From the NCBI GenBank assembly GCA_050330635.1, contig JBHJNQ010000046.1, positions 2,808 to 66,807 of the forward strand: a stretch of 64,000 bases of DNA. Direction: 5' to 3'. Below the pieces are notes generated by a model. It searched no databases. It had not been told where the DNA came from and saw only the letters and a program-made list of their open reading frames with translations. This document shows, one piece after another, positions 53,016 through 63,522 of this stretch. A program made the translations under genes and the position numbers. This DNA comes from Acidimicrobiales bacterium (lineage in GTDB: Bacteria > Actinomycetota > Acidimicrobiia > Acidimicrobiales > SZUA-35). Within the stretch, counting starts at the first letter, position 1, and the number at the start of each line of letters is the position of its first letter.

Positions 53016-53672
53016 ATGAGTCGTGCCATGAAAGATCTTCGGCAACGGCTACGGGACACCACCCGCCGGGCCATCGTGGGGGCATATCTCGACCTGTCGC
53101 ACCGTGACGGCCAGGGCCAGGTCTCGATACCGGCCGTGGCGGATCGGGCCGGGGTCTCGGTGCGGACCGTCTACCGCTACTTCGCCACCAAGGACGACCT
53201 CCAGACCGAGGCCGCCTACCACTACGCCCGCCGGGCCGAGCGGGCCATGGCCGACCGCCAGCTCGACGCCGCCTCCTTCGACGACTACCTCCGCCACCTG
53301 TGGCGTGACTTCGCCACCCAGCTGCCGGCGGTCATCGCCGAGCACGCCACCCCGGCGGGCCGGGAGCTGCGATCGACCCGCCTGGCCCACTCCCGGGCCC
53401 TGGTGCGCCACGCCGTTCCCGGCGCCGACGACGACCAGGTCGACCTGATGATCGCCATCACATCATCGTCGATGTTCCTCGAGTTGGTCGACCGCATGGG
53501 CCACGAACCCGACAAGGCGGTGGAGCTCGTGACCGGCGTGATCCGGCTCATCCTGGCCGATGCCGACGCCGACGCCGACGCCGGCCTCGAGCCCGCCCCG
53601 TCGGACGACACCGGCCGCACCGACGAACCCCATGACACCGAACCCTCCTTTCCCCTTCGACCGACGAGGTGA
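53016..53672 (+). CDS. TetR-family transcriptional regulator
   Basis: The N-terminal HTH reads SIPAVADRAGVSVRTVYRYFATKDDL. The acidic C-terminal tail is encoded by a (GCCGAC)n hexamer run at about 53555..53584. Confidence 0.85.
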   Translation: MSRAMKDLRQRLRDTTRRAIVGAYLDLSHRDGQGQVSIPAVADRAGVSVRTVYRYFATKDDLQTEAAYHYARRAERAMADRQLDAASFDDYLRHLWRDFATQLPAVIAEHATPAGRELRSTRLAHSRALVRHAVPGADDDQVDLMIAITSSSMFLELVDRMGHEPDKAVELVTGVIRLILADADADADAGLEPAPSDDTGRTDEPHDTEPSFPLRPTR

Positions 53673-53676
53673 CCCC

Positions 53677-55347
53677 ATGATCCCCACCGAACCCACGTGG
53701 ACCCCGCCCGGGCCCGGCTCCTGGGTCTGCGACCGCTCCCACGCCGCCGCCGCCCCCACCCCCCTCTACCGCCGGATCGTGAGCGAGCACACCGAGCCCG
53801 TCTACCGGCGGGTGATGGAACGCTTCGGCGGGGCCATCGGTGCCCTCGACATGCAGTTCGTCAACGGGGCCCTCTATCGTCGCCTCGTCCCGCTCGTCGC
53901 CCCCGACCGCGACAACGGCACGGTCCCCCCGGCGCCGGTGCTGTGGCTCGTCACCCGGCTCCACCCGGAGTTCCGCCGGCGGGAACGGACGGCCCGCCAC
54001 GTCTTCGCCACCCGGTCGTTCGAGGACGACATCGACCACTGGGTCGCCACCGAACGATTCGAGTGGATCGACGCCAACGCCGCCCTCCAGGCGATCGACG
54101 TCGCCGCCCTCGACGACGCCGCGCTGGCCGGCCACCTCCGCCACCTCGACGAACGTCTGGTGGCCGGCTGGCACCGCCACCACGAGCTCCACGCCAACGA
54201 TCTGGGACCCATCGGCGATCTCCTGGTCCACACCCGGCGGTGGGGCTTCGACGACGTCGAGGTCATGTCCCTGCTCCGGGGGTCGTCGCCGGCGACGGTC
54301 GACGCCGCCCGCCACGGCGCCGTCATCGCCGCCGCCCTCCTCCGGGCCGGCGTCGACCCGGCCACGATCTCCGACATCGCTCAGATCCGGGCCGTCCCCG
54401 AGGCGTCGGCCGCCGCCGACGACTACCTCGCCGGCTTCGGATGGCGGCTCGTCTCCGACTACGACATCGGGGGCCTCACCCTGAACGAGCTGCCGTCGGC
54501 CGTCGTCGCCCTCGTCCGTCGGGTCGACAGCGGCGAGACCCGCAGTGGGCCCGACGCACCGGGCGCCGACCCCGACCTCGACCGGATGCGGTCGGGGAGC
54601 GGTGACCCGGCGCTGTTCGACCAGCTGCTGGCGTCGGCCCGCACCGCCTATGGCGTGCGCGACGACAACGGACCGCTGACCTGGGCCTGGCCCGCCGGCC
54701 TCACCCGTCGGGCCTATCTCGAGGCCGGTCGCCGCCTCGCCGCCACGGGCCGGCTGGACGACGCCGCCCACGCCTTCGAGCTCGACATCGACGAGCTGGC
54801 GGCGGCGCTGGAGGGAGCGGCCACCCCGGCGGCGGGCGAGGTGGGCGAACGAGCCGCCACCCGCCGCTGGGAAGCGACGCTCGACGCCCCCGACGTCCTC
54901 GGACCCACCACGCCGAAGCCGGACACCACCCCCCTGCCACCCTCGATCCGCCGCATGATGGACATCATCCTCGCCACCGTCGGCCTCCTCGATCCCGATC
55001 TCGAGCGGCCGCCGGCCCCCCTGGCGGGCCTGGGCATCGGGGCCCGAACCCACCTGGGGACGGCCCGCGTCGTCGACGACGCCGGCGAGGCCATCAGGAC
55101 CATGGAGCCGGGCGACGTGCTCGTGGCGCCGTGGACGAGTCCGTCGTTCAACGCCGTCCTCTCGATCGCCGGGGGCGTCGTGGTGCAGGAGGGCGGCCTG
55201 TTGTGTCACGCCGCTGTCATGGCCCGCGAGCTCGACATCCCCGCCGTCATCGGGTGCCGGGAGGCGATGCGTTCGATCAGGACCGGCGATCTGGTCGAGG
55301 TCGATCCCGCAGCCGGCACGGTCCGGATAGTGGCCACCGTGGCCTGA
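53677..55347 (+). CDS. PEP-utilising-enzyme mobile (swivelling His) domain protein lacking an ATP-grasp domain
   Basis: The C-terminus GDVLVAPWTSPSFNAVLSIAGGVVVQEGGLLCHAAVMARELDIPAV is the phospho-His swivel domain. The ~450-aa N-terminal region is helical, with no ATP-grasp motifs recognised. The start lies 4 nt after the TetR gene. Confidence 0.75.
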   Translation: MIPTEPTWTPPGPGSWVCDRSHAAAAPTPLYRRIVSEHTEPVYRRVMERFGGAIGALDMQFVNGALYRRLVPLVAPDRDNGTVPPAPVLWLVTRLHPEFRRRERTARHVFATRSFEDDIDHWVATERFEWIDANAALQAIDVAALDDAALAGHLRHLDERLVAGWHRHHELHANDLGPIGDLLVHTRRWGFDDVEVMSLLRGSSPATVDAARHGAVIAAALLRAGVDPATISDIAQIRAVPEASAAADDYLAGFGWRLVSDYDIGGLTLNELPSAVVALVRRVDSGETRSGPDAPGADPDLDRMRSGSGDPALFDQLLASARTAYGVRDDNGPLTWAWPAGLTRRAYLEAGRRLAATGRLDDAAHAFELDIDELAAALEGAATPAAGEVGERAATRRWEATLDAPDVLGPTTPKPDTTPLPPSIRRMMDIILATVGLLDPDLERPPAPLAGLGIGARTHLGTARVVDDAGEAIRTMEPGDVLVAPWTSPSFNAVLSIAGGVVVQEGGLLCHAAVMARELDIPAVIGCREAMRSIRTGDLVEVDPAAGTVRIVATVA

Positions 55348-55353
55348 ACGGCC

Positions 55354-56634
55354 CTACGCCTGGTACCACTCGGCCACGGCCTCGGCCAACGGCCGGCCGG
55401 CCCGGAGCGTCGACCACGCCGCCACGCCGGCGTCGGTCGGGACCTCGCCCCGCCGCAGCAGTTCGAGAGCGACGAGTTCGTTGCGGTGGTCGGTGATCCC
55501 CCGCATCTCGTCGCTCTCGGTGAAGTAGACGACGATCGTGCCCCGAGTGACCGTCCCCCGCTCGAGGAGCTGCAGCCAGTAGGCCTTGCCCCCGGGGTCG
55601 GGTGTCCGCCCCAGCACCTCGAGGTAGAGACGATCGAGGAACTGGCCGAACGGCAGGCCCCCGTAGCGAGCCGTGAACTCGTCGGACTCGGCGAACCACT
55701 CGGCGATGGCCTCGGTCGGATGACCCGCCCCGCGCCGACCGATCCAGTACTGGATGCCGGCGGCGTCGGGGTAGCGCTGGAAGAAGGCGAGGTAGAGCCG
55801 GTCGATGGTGGCGGCGGTCGAGGAGTCGTCGACCTGGTCGCCGACGGCGGTCCACACGCCGTTGGCCCCAGCCTCGCTGTCGAAGGCGGAGCGCTCGGCC
55901 ACCGTCGGATACCGGCCGTGGATCGTGAACCACAGGTAGTCGGCGAAACCGGTCTGGCCCGGAGCGGCGAAGGCCGGGGCGCTGCCGGCACTCGTCGGTG
56001 AGGCCCGGAGGCGGGCCAGGGCGGCGTCGACGATCGGCGTCGGGTTGACCGCCACCAGTCCGGCGGGGGTCGGCTCGTAGACCTCGAAATGGAGGTGGGG
56101 GGCGGTCGACTCGGCGTTGCCCGAGTCGCCCAGGAAGGCGATGACCTCGCCCTCGGTGATCCGGGTCCCGGGGCGCAACCGTCCGTCGCTCCCGACCGTG
56201 GCACAGATCCGGGCCGAGAACGCCTGAGCGCACGTGGCCTGGCCGTCGTCGGTGCCGGGCGTGTCGTTGTTGATGTGGATGTACTGGTACTCCCACCCGT
56301 CGTCGTCGCGGAAACGGAGGAGGCTGCCGCCCCCGTTGTCGTAGCGGCCCCACGTGACGGTGCCGGTGCGGGCCGCCACCAGCGGGATCATCTTGTCGCC
56401 CATCATGTCGACCCCGATGTGGCTTCGACCGCCGCTGCGGGCCGCCCCCCAGGTGTCGGTCCAGTGGACGTCGTCCACCCGGTCACGGTGGACCGGGAGG
56501 GTGATCAGCCGCACCTCCGCCGCAGTGGCGACCTCGGCCGTCGGCACGACGGCGGCCACGGCGAGGGCCGCCACCACGACGGTGGTGGCCGCGTTGAACA
56601 GTCGACGCAGGGGCGACGGTGAGGCAAAGAGCAT
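55354..56634 (-). CDS. secreted M23-family metallopeptidase with C-terminal DUF4214-like repeats
   Basis: A signal peptide is followed by HIGVDM and ...GDSGNAESTAPHLHFEV (M23 zinc ligands). The C-terminal repeats read IDRLYLAFFQRYPDAAGIQYW / LDRLYLEVLGRTPDPGGKAYW. Confidence 0.85.
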   Translation of the reverse strand: MLFASPSPLRRLFNAATTVVVAALAVAAVVPTAEVATAAEVRLITLPVHRDRVDDVHWTDTWGAARSGGRSHIGVDMMGDKMIPLVAARTGTVTWGRYDNGGGSLLRFRDDDGWEYQYIHINNDTPGTDDGQATCAQAFSARICATVGSDGRLRPGTRITEGEVIAFLGDSGNAESTAPHLHFEVYEPTPAGLVAVNPTPIVDAALARLRASPTSAGSAPAFAAPGQTGFADYLWFTIHGRYPTVAERSAFDSEAGANGVWTAVGDQVDDSSTAATIDRLYLAFFQRYPDAAGIQYWIGRRGAGHPTEAIAEWFAESDEFTARYGGLPFGQFLDRLYLEVLGRTPDPGGKAYWLQLLERGTVTRGTIVVYFTESDEMRGITDHRNELVALELLRRGEVPTDAGVAAWSTLRAGRPLAEAVAEWYQA

Positions 56635-56744
56635 CGGCGAACTCCCGGGGAGCGGCGGCGGGAAGACGAACCTTGGTGATCGACCGACAGTGTCGGGAAC
56701 TTGAGTCCCTCCGGGTGCGGGCCCCGGTCACGATCCGGGTGGGC

Positions 56745-56885
56745 GTACCACGGCCGCCGAGTCTACGGGATCGGGGCCCGACTCTTCGTCGATGCCCGAT
56801 CGTCCCTACCATCGGAGGGGTCACCGGCGGCAACCACCCGCACCGTGGCCACCGACAGCCCCGTGGGGCGACGTAGGAGCGAGGA
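56745..56885 (-). ncRNA. structured 5' leader of the M23 peptidase gene; candidate ydaO-type (cyclic-di-AMP) riboswitch
   Basis: The gap upstream of the start at 56634 is 270 nt. It contains nested stems (GCCGCCG...CGGCGGC; GAUCGGG...CCCGAUC). It also contains the strings GGUGACCCC, GGUAGGGACGA and CCGAUCCCGUAGACUCGG, which resemble my recollection of the ydaO consensus. No covariance search was run. Confidence 0.25.
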
Positions 56886-56903
56886 ACGATCGATGGGACG
56901 GGT

Positions 56904-57818
56904 ATGACGTTGCCAGGACCGGCGCTGATCAATGACGTGATCTCGATCGTCCGCCGGGAGGGCGGAAACAGGCTCCGCAACGCCATCAGTGGCGACGAGG
57001 GCCTCCGTCCCCACGAGGTGGCCCGGGCCGACGACCCCGGGCTGTTCGGCCCCTCCAGCGTGGCCTGGCGGGTCCATGGCGACGCGGCCATGCTCATCGG
57101 CGGCCTCCGGGCCCTGCTGTTCCAGACGCTCCATCCCCTGGCCATGGCGGGAGTGGCCGAGCATTCCGACTACCGCCGAGACCCGTGGGGGCGACTGCAC
57201 CGCACCGGACGATTCATCGGGGGCACCACCTTCGGCACCACGGCGACGGCCGAGTCGATCATCGCCACCGTGCGGGCCGTGCACGACCGGGTGGTGGGCA
57301 CCGCCCCCGACGGCCGTCCCTACGCCGCCAACGACCCCCACCTCCTGTTGTGGGTTCACGCCACCGAGGTCGACAGCTTCCTCGCCGCCTACGACCGCTA
57401 CGGCCAGGGTCAGCTGACCGACGCCGAACGCGACCGCTACGTGGCCGAGATGGCCGAGATCGCCCGCCGCCTCGGCGTCGGGGCCGCCGAGGTACCCACC
57501 ACCGTGGCCGAGCTGCGGGCCACCCTCGACGCCTTCCGGGCCGAGTGTTCCCACGGGCCCCAGGTGCGGGAGGCCGTGCGGTTCCTGCTGACCCCGCCGG
57601 TGCCGCTCGCCCTTCGGGGCGTCTACGGGCTGATCACGGCGGCCGCCCTCGGACTCCTACCCCGGTGGGCCCGGCTCCAGCTCCGCCTACCCCTTCCGCC
57701 GCTGGCCGATCCGTTGGGGATCCGCCTCCCCGCCACCGTGCTCACCCGCTCGATCGGGTGGCTGATGAGCGAGCGCCGGGAGATGGATCTCGACGACCGC
57801 CTCCTGACCCCGTCGTGA
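56904..57818 (+). CDS. MpaB/DUF2236-family oxygenase-like protein
   Basis: WRVHGDAAMLIGGLRALLFQTLHPLAMAGVAEHSDY...RLHRTGRF is the family signature. Confidence 0.75.
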   Translation: MTLPGPALINDVISIVRREGGNRLRNAISGDEGLRPHEVARADDPGLFGPSSVAWRVHGDAAMLIGGLRALLFQTLHPLAMAGVAEHSDYRRDPWGRLHRTGRFIGGTTFGTTATAESIIATVRAVHDRVVGTAPDGRPYAANDPHLLLWVHATEVDSFLAAYDRYGQGQLTDAERDRYVAEMAEIARRLGVGAAEVPTTVAELRATLDAFRAECSHGPQVREAVRFLLTPPVPLALRGVYGLITAAALGLLPRWARLQLRLPLPPLADPLGIRLPATVLTRSIGWLMSERREMDLDDRLLTPS

Positions 57819-57855
57819 GACGACCGCCCCTCACGGCCCCGTAGCCTTCGGGCCC

Positions 57856-58107
57856 ATGGAGCTGAACGCCTTCCAGGCCCTCATGGACGAGCTGTACGGG
57901 GAGGCCGACCGGGCCCGGGGGGTGCCAGCCACCGTGGCGTGGCTGTGTGAGGAGCTGGGCGAGCTGGCCCAGGCCGTACGCAAGGGCACCACCGACCAGC
58001 AGCTGCACGAGCTGGGTGACGTGTTGGCGTGGCTGGCGTCGCTGGCCAACCAGCTCGGCCTCACCCTGGAGGAGGCCGCCGAGCGCTATGTCGTCGATCC
58101 GCCCTGA
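57856..58107 (+). CDS. small MazG-like nucleotide pyrophosphohydrolase-domain protein
   Basis: 83 aa. WLCEELGELAQAV...ELGDVLAWLASLANQLGLTLEEA forms the EExx(E/D) helical pair. Confidence 0.7.
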   Translation: MELNAFQALMDELYGEADRARGVPATVAWLCEELGELAQAVRKGTTDQQLHELGDVLAWLASLANQLGLTLEEAAERYVVDPP

Positions 58108-58162
58108 CCGGGCGGCCCACCCGGTTCGGGAGGGCGACCATCCACGGGCCGGACCCCCTGCG

Positions 58163-59239
<1,077 letters not shown>

Positions 59240-59387
59240 TCACCAGCGGAGGGTCTGTCCCGCCCCCGCCGGGCCCGACCGGCCGATCACGCCCCGCCGT
59301 GGAGCTCCAGGTCGCCGTCGATGACGGGGCGCCGCCCCACCGCCGCCGACCGGCGCCCCGGCGGCGTGCTGGGGTAGACATGCCGTC

Positions 59388-60410
59388 ATGGCTGCACCGG
59401 ATCCGGCAGACGAGCTGTTCCACCCTGTGGGCGACCATCGGGCCTGGAGCGAGAGCTACTACTTCAACTTCGTCGATCCCGATCAGGAGATCGGGGCCTT
59501 CACCCGCATGGGGTTCCGAGCCAACGACGGGTGGGCCGATGCCCTCCACGCCGTGTACCTCCCCGGCGGTCGGGTGGCGTTCACCTACGGGCGCCGCACC
59601 GACCTGACCCCGGAGCTGGTCGGCTCGATGGGCGATGCCGACCCGGTGGTGGGCGACCTGGTCCTCCGTCGGGGCGAGCCGTTCGAGCGGTGGTCGATCG
59701 TCTACGTCGGCGAGGCGGCGGTGATGGACGACCCCACGGCGATGCTGCTCCCCACCCGCGACCGGCCCGAGGGGTGGTCGACCGTCACCCCGCTCACCAT
59801 GGACGTCGGCTTCGAGGCCCTCGGCCCGCCCCACTCCGCCACGGGCGGAACGCAGGGCCATTTCGAGCAGACCGGCCGGGTCCGGGGCACCATCCATCTC
59901 GGCGACGACGAGTGGACCGTCGACGGCCACGGAGTGCGGGACAAGTCGTGGGGGCCCCGCACCTGGCAGGCCCCGAGCGGCGCCACCACCCAGGGGTCCG
60001 AGCCCCGGCCCGGGTTGGCCGGCGTGACCAGCGGGCTGTTCCTCAACTGGTTCTCGATGAACTTCGGCCCCGACCTCGCCCTCGGTGGGGCCTGCGGGCG
60101 GGCCCCCGACGGCTCGTTCACCGGCAAGGGCTGGATCCAACGGAACGGCGACACCCTGGACCTCGACCGGGTGATGATGACGACCGAGCTCGACCCCGAG
60201 AACCCCCTCCTCCACCGCTCGGTCCACCTGCAGGCCGTCGACGCCGACGGGACCGCCATCGCCGTCGACGGCACCGTCCTGACGATCTGCCCGACCAAGA
60301 TCCCCCGCCGTGACGGGGTCACCTTCGTCAACGAGGGCCTGGCCCGCTTCGAGACCGACGGCCGCACCGGCTACGGCATCGCCGAGCACTGGTTCTCCAT
60401 CCCCCGCTGA
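59388..60410 (+). CDS. hypothetical protein (beta-rich; AttH/CrtC-like lipocalin fold suspected)
   Basis: 340 aa with good coding composition. WSESYYFNFVDPDQEIGAFTRMGF...GVRDKSWGPRTW resembles hydroxyneurosporene-synthase/AttH-type domains. The assignment is tentative. Confidence 0.6.
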   Translation: MAAPDPADELFHPVGDHRAWSESYYFNFVDPDQEIGAFTRMGFRANDGWADALHAVYLPGGRVAFTYGRRTDLTPELVGSMGDADPVVGDLVLRRGEPFERWSIVYVGEAAVMDDPTAMLLPTRDRPEGWSTVTPLTMDVGFEALGPPHSATGGTQGHFEQTGRVRGTIHLGDDEWTVDGHGVRDKSWGPRTWQAPSGATTQGSEPRPGLAGVTSGLFLNWFSMNFGPDLALGGACGRAPDGSFTGKGWIQRNGDTLDLDRVMMTTELDPENPLLHRSVHLQAVDADGTAIAVDGTVLTICPTKIPRRDGVTFVNEGLARFETDGRTGYGIAEHWFSIPR

Positions 60411-60443
60411 CCGATCGGTCGTGTCGACCGCTACCCCTCGGTC

Positions 60444-61652
60444 CTAGCGGTCGGTGGAGCGGGCGGCGGCGATGCCGTCGACGAAGGCGCTCATCAGCGG
60501 CGGCGGCTCGGGTGAGGTGAAGGCGTCGGTCGACAGGACGACGGCGCAGAGATCGTCGGAGGGGTCGACGAGCCAGCGGCTGCCGAGCCCTCCGTCCCAG
60601 CCGTAGGACCCACCGCCGGGCCAGCCCGCAGGCCCGGTATGGTGACGCACCCCGACCCCGAACCCCCAGCCCAGGGCCACGCCACCCTCGTCGATGCCCG
60701 CCGCCGACCGCTGCTCGTCGGTGAGCTGATCGGTGGTCAGCTCCTCGACCAGCCCGGGAGCCAGGACCGGCCCGGACGGCCCCTCACCGCCCGCCAGCAG
60801 CATCCGCCCGAAGGCCAGCAGATCCGCCGTGGTCGACACCAGACCGGCGGCACCCGACCGGAACGACGGCGGCGACGACCAGCGACCGTCCGGCTCGTCC
60901 CACACGGTGAGGTCGCCGTCGTCGTCGACCATCCGGCAGGCGCCGAAGCGTCCGAGCTGATCGGGCCGCACCCAGAAGCCGGTGTCGTCCATGCCCAGCG
61001 GAGCGAACACGTCGCGCTCGAGGACGACGTCGAGGGTCTCCCCCCGCAGCCGCTCGATGTACACGCTGACGATGTCCGACCCCGTGTGGTACCGCCACCG
61101 GGTCCCCGGTTGGTCGGCGAGCGGGAGCTGCCCGAGGCGGGCCATGAACTCGTCGGGGTCGCACGCCGGCGGGGTGGGGCCGGGCCCGATGCCCCACTCC
61201 CACAGCCGCTCGAGCACCGGTTGGGGGGTGTCGAAGTCGAAGTCCATGCCCAGCCCGCACCGGAACGTCAGCAGATCCCGCAGGGTGAGGGGGCGCTCGG
61301 CCGGCACGGTGCGCTGATCGAGCGGGCCCGCGGCATCGGCGAGGACCCGACGGTCGGCCAGCTCGGGGAGCACACCGTCGACCGGTTCGTCGAGGCCCGC
61401 CAGACCCGCCTCGACCAGCTGCAGGGCGGCGACGGCCACGACCGGCTTCGACACCGAGGCGATCCGGAACAACCCGTCGGCCGGCATCGGTCGCTGACGC
61501 CGATCGGGATCGAGCCATCCGGCGGAACCGGACACGACCCGATCACCGAGGCCGATGGCCCACGCGATGCCTCCCACGCCGCCGGCATCCACGTGGGTGG
61601 CCATCAGGTCTTCCAGATGATCGAACGGCTCGCCACCAGGCTCCTGCGCCAT
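60444..61652 (-). CDS. serine hydrolase of the beta-lactamase (class C / esterase) family
   Basis: The SxxK motif appears as FRIASVSKPV, with a later YxN-like region and C-terminal W/GG motifs. Confidence 0.85.
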   Translation of the reverse strand: MAQEPGGEPFDHLEDLMATHVDAGGVGGIAWAIGLGDRVVSGSAGWLDPDRRQRPMPADGLFRIASVSKPVVAVAALQLVEAGLAGLDEPVDGVLPELADRRVLADAAGPLDQRTVPAERPLTLRDLLTFRCGLGMDFDFDTPQPVLERLWEWGIGPGPTPPACDPDEFMARLGQLPLADQPGTRWRYHTGSDIVSVYIERLRGETLDVVLERDVFAPLGMDDTGFWVRPDQLGRFGACRMVDDDGDLTVWDEPDGRWSSPPSFRSGAAGLVSTTADLLAFGRMLLAGGEGPSGPVLAPGLVEELTTDQLTDEQRSAAGIDEGGVALGWGFGVGVRHHTGPAGWPGGGSYGWDGGLGSRWLVDPSDDLCAVVLSTDAFTSPEPPPLMSAFVDGIAAARSTDR

Positions 61653-61732
61653 GACCCGACCCTACCGGGGCCCTCCGCCGGTCCGGCCGGCCGGTTGGAC
61701 CCGTATGCCCGGGCCGTCGGGGGCTCGACCGT

Positions 61733-62203
61733 TCAGCGCTCGACGAGGGCGGCCAGACGCTCGATGGAGGCGACGAGTCGCTCGCTGGTGGTCGCCCGGG
61801 CCCGCTCGTGGCGGGCCTCGTCGTGGAGCTCGGTCCAGTCGTAGGTGTGCACGACCAGCGACCGCTCGTCGTCGATCGCCTCCAGCTCCCAACGCCAGAG
61901 GTGACCGACGGCGGGCCGGCCAGGTTCCGCCGGCTTCCAGGCGATGCGTCGGCCCTCGACGAACTCGACGACGTGATTCTCACGAACCGCTCCCCTGGTG
62001 AGGGTCATGGCGAACACGTCGCCGACCGAACGCACCCGTTGGCTGGGGACGGCCGACGCCAGGTTGTCGTTGGCGTCCCACTCCGGTTGGCGGGTGGGGT
62101 CGGCGATCAGCGCGAAGATCCGCTCGGGAGTGGCCAGCACCTGGCGGGAGGCGGAGACGATCCGGGCCTCGCCGGGAGACGGGAGGTCGAGCTGGTCAGC
62201 CAT
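61733..62203 (-). CDS. SRPBCC-superfamily (polyketide-cyclase/START-like) protein
   Basis: 156 aa. The start overlaps the ask stop by 8 nt (ATGGCTGA). PERIFALIADPTRQPEWD is typical of the fold. Confidence 0.75.
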   Translation of the reverse strand: MADQLDLPSPGEARIVSASRQVLATPERIFALIADPTRQPEWDANDNLASAVPSQRVRSVGDVFAMTLTRGAVRENHVVEFVEGRRIAWKPAEPGRPAVGHLWRWELEAIDDERSLVVHTYDWTELHDEARHERARATTSERLVASIERLAALVER

Positions 62204-63431
62204 CGAGGCCGAAGGCGGCGTGGAGGTGCAGCACGGCCTCCTCCACCTCCTCGGCCGTCACGACACACGAGATGCGGATGGCCGACGTGGAGATCATCTC
62301 GATGTTGATGTCGTTGCGGGCCAGGGTCTCGAACATGGTGGCCGCAACCCCGGGGTTCGACTTCATCCCGGCCCCGATGACCGACACCCGACCGATCGAG
62401 TCGTCGGTCGTGAGTCCGGTTGCGCCCAGGCTGGCCAGGACGCCGTCGCTCAGGATGTCGGAGGCGAGCTGGAGATCGTCGGTCGGCACGGTGAAGGAGA
62501 TGTCGGTCATCCCCTTGTCGGACACGTTCTGCACGATCATGTCGACGTTGACGCCGGCGTCGGCCAGGGCCCGGAACAGGGTGGCCGAGACCCCCGGCTT
62601 GTCGGGCACGTCGACGACGGTGATCTTCGATTCCGACACGTCATGGGTGACGGCGCGGATGATCGGGGCTTCCATCTCCACCTCCTGGGCGAGCGGGCTG
62701 TCGCTGTCGATGACGAGGGTGCCCGGCTCCCAGGTGAAGGCCGAGCGGACGTGGAGCGGCACGCCATGGTTGTGGGCCACCTCGACCGAGCGCATGGCCG
62801 GTTTGGGGCAGCCGGTCGCCGTCATCTCCAACAGTTCGTCGAACGTGATCGAGCTCATCTTGCGGGCGGTCGGCACCACCCGGGGGTCGGCGCTGAACAC
62901 GCCGGACACGTCGGTGTAGAGCTCGCAGATGTCGGCCCCGAGGGCCTTGGTGAGGGCCACCGCCGTCGTGTCGCTACCACCCCGCCCCAGGAACGTCACG
63001 TCGCGGGTCGTCGACACCCCCTGGGAACCGGCGACGACCGGGACGACCCCGGCCCCGAGGCACTCGATGATGCGGTCGGGGGTGATCTGGAGGATCTTGG
63101 CGTTGCGGTGGTTGGTGTCGGTCAGGAAGCCGGCCTGGCTCCCGGTGAAGGACTGGGCCGGCACCCCGAGATCGGCCAGCGCCATGCACAGCAGGGCCAC
63201 GGCCTTGCGCTCGCCAGCGGTGACCAGCATGTCCATCTCGCGACCGGGCTGCGTCTTGGCCACCCGATCGGCCAGCAGGAGGAGCTCGTCGGTCTCCTTG
63301 CCCATGGCCGACACGACCATCGTCACCTGATCGCCACGACGACGGCAGCGGGCGACGTGGTCGGCGACGGCACGCATCCGCTCCGGATCGCCGACCGACG
63401 TGCCGCCGAATTTCTGAACGACTGAGGCCAC
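62196..63431 (-). CDS. ask: aspartate kinase
   Basis: GTG 63431. Shows VVQKFGGTSVGD and a C-terminal pair of ACT domains. An internal in-frame ATG at 62675 behind AGGAGG may start a beta subunit (see findings). Confidence 0.95.
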   Translation of the reverse strand: MASVVQKFGGTSVGDPERMRAVADHVARCRRRGDQVTMVVSAMGKETDELLLLADRVAKTQPGREMDMLVTAGERKAVALLCMALADLGVPAQSFTGSQAGFLTDTNHRNAKILQITPDRIIECLGAGVVPVVAGSQGVSTTRDVTFLGRGGSDTTAVALTKALGADICELYTDVSGVFSADPRVVPTARKMSSITFDELLEMTATGCPKPAMRSVEVAHNHGVPLHVRSAFTWEPGTLVIDSDSPLAQEVEMEAPIIRAVTHDVSESKITVVDVPDKPGVSATLFRALADAGVNVDMIVQNVSDKGMTDISFTVPTDDLQLASDILSDGVLASLGATGLTTDDSIGRVSVIGAGMKSNPGVAATMFETLARNDINIEMISTSAIRISCVVTAEEVEEAVLHLHAAFGLDG

Positions 63432-63522
63432 GGGGCTTCACGGTACTGCCCACCGGCCGGGATCGACATCGGATTACCGACCGAACGGGCAACGCCCTGC
63501 AACCCCGGTACCTTGTCCTGCC

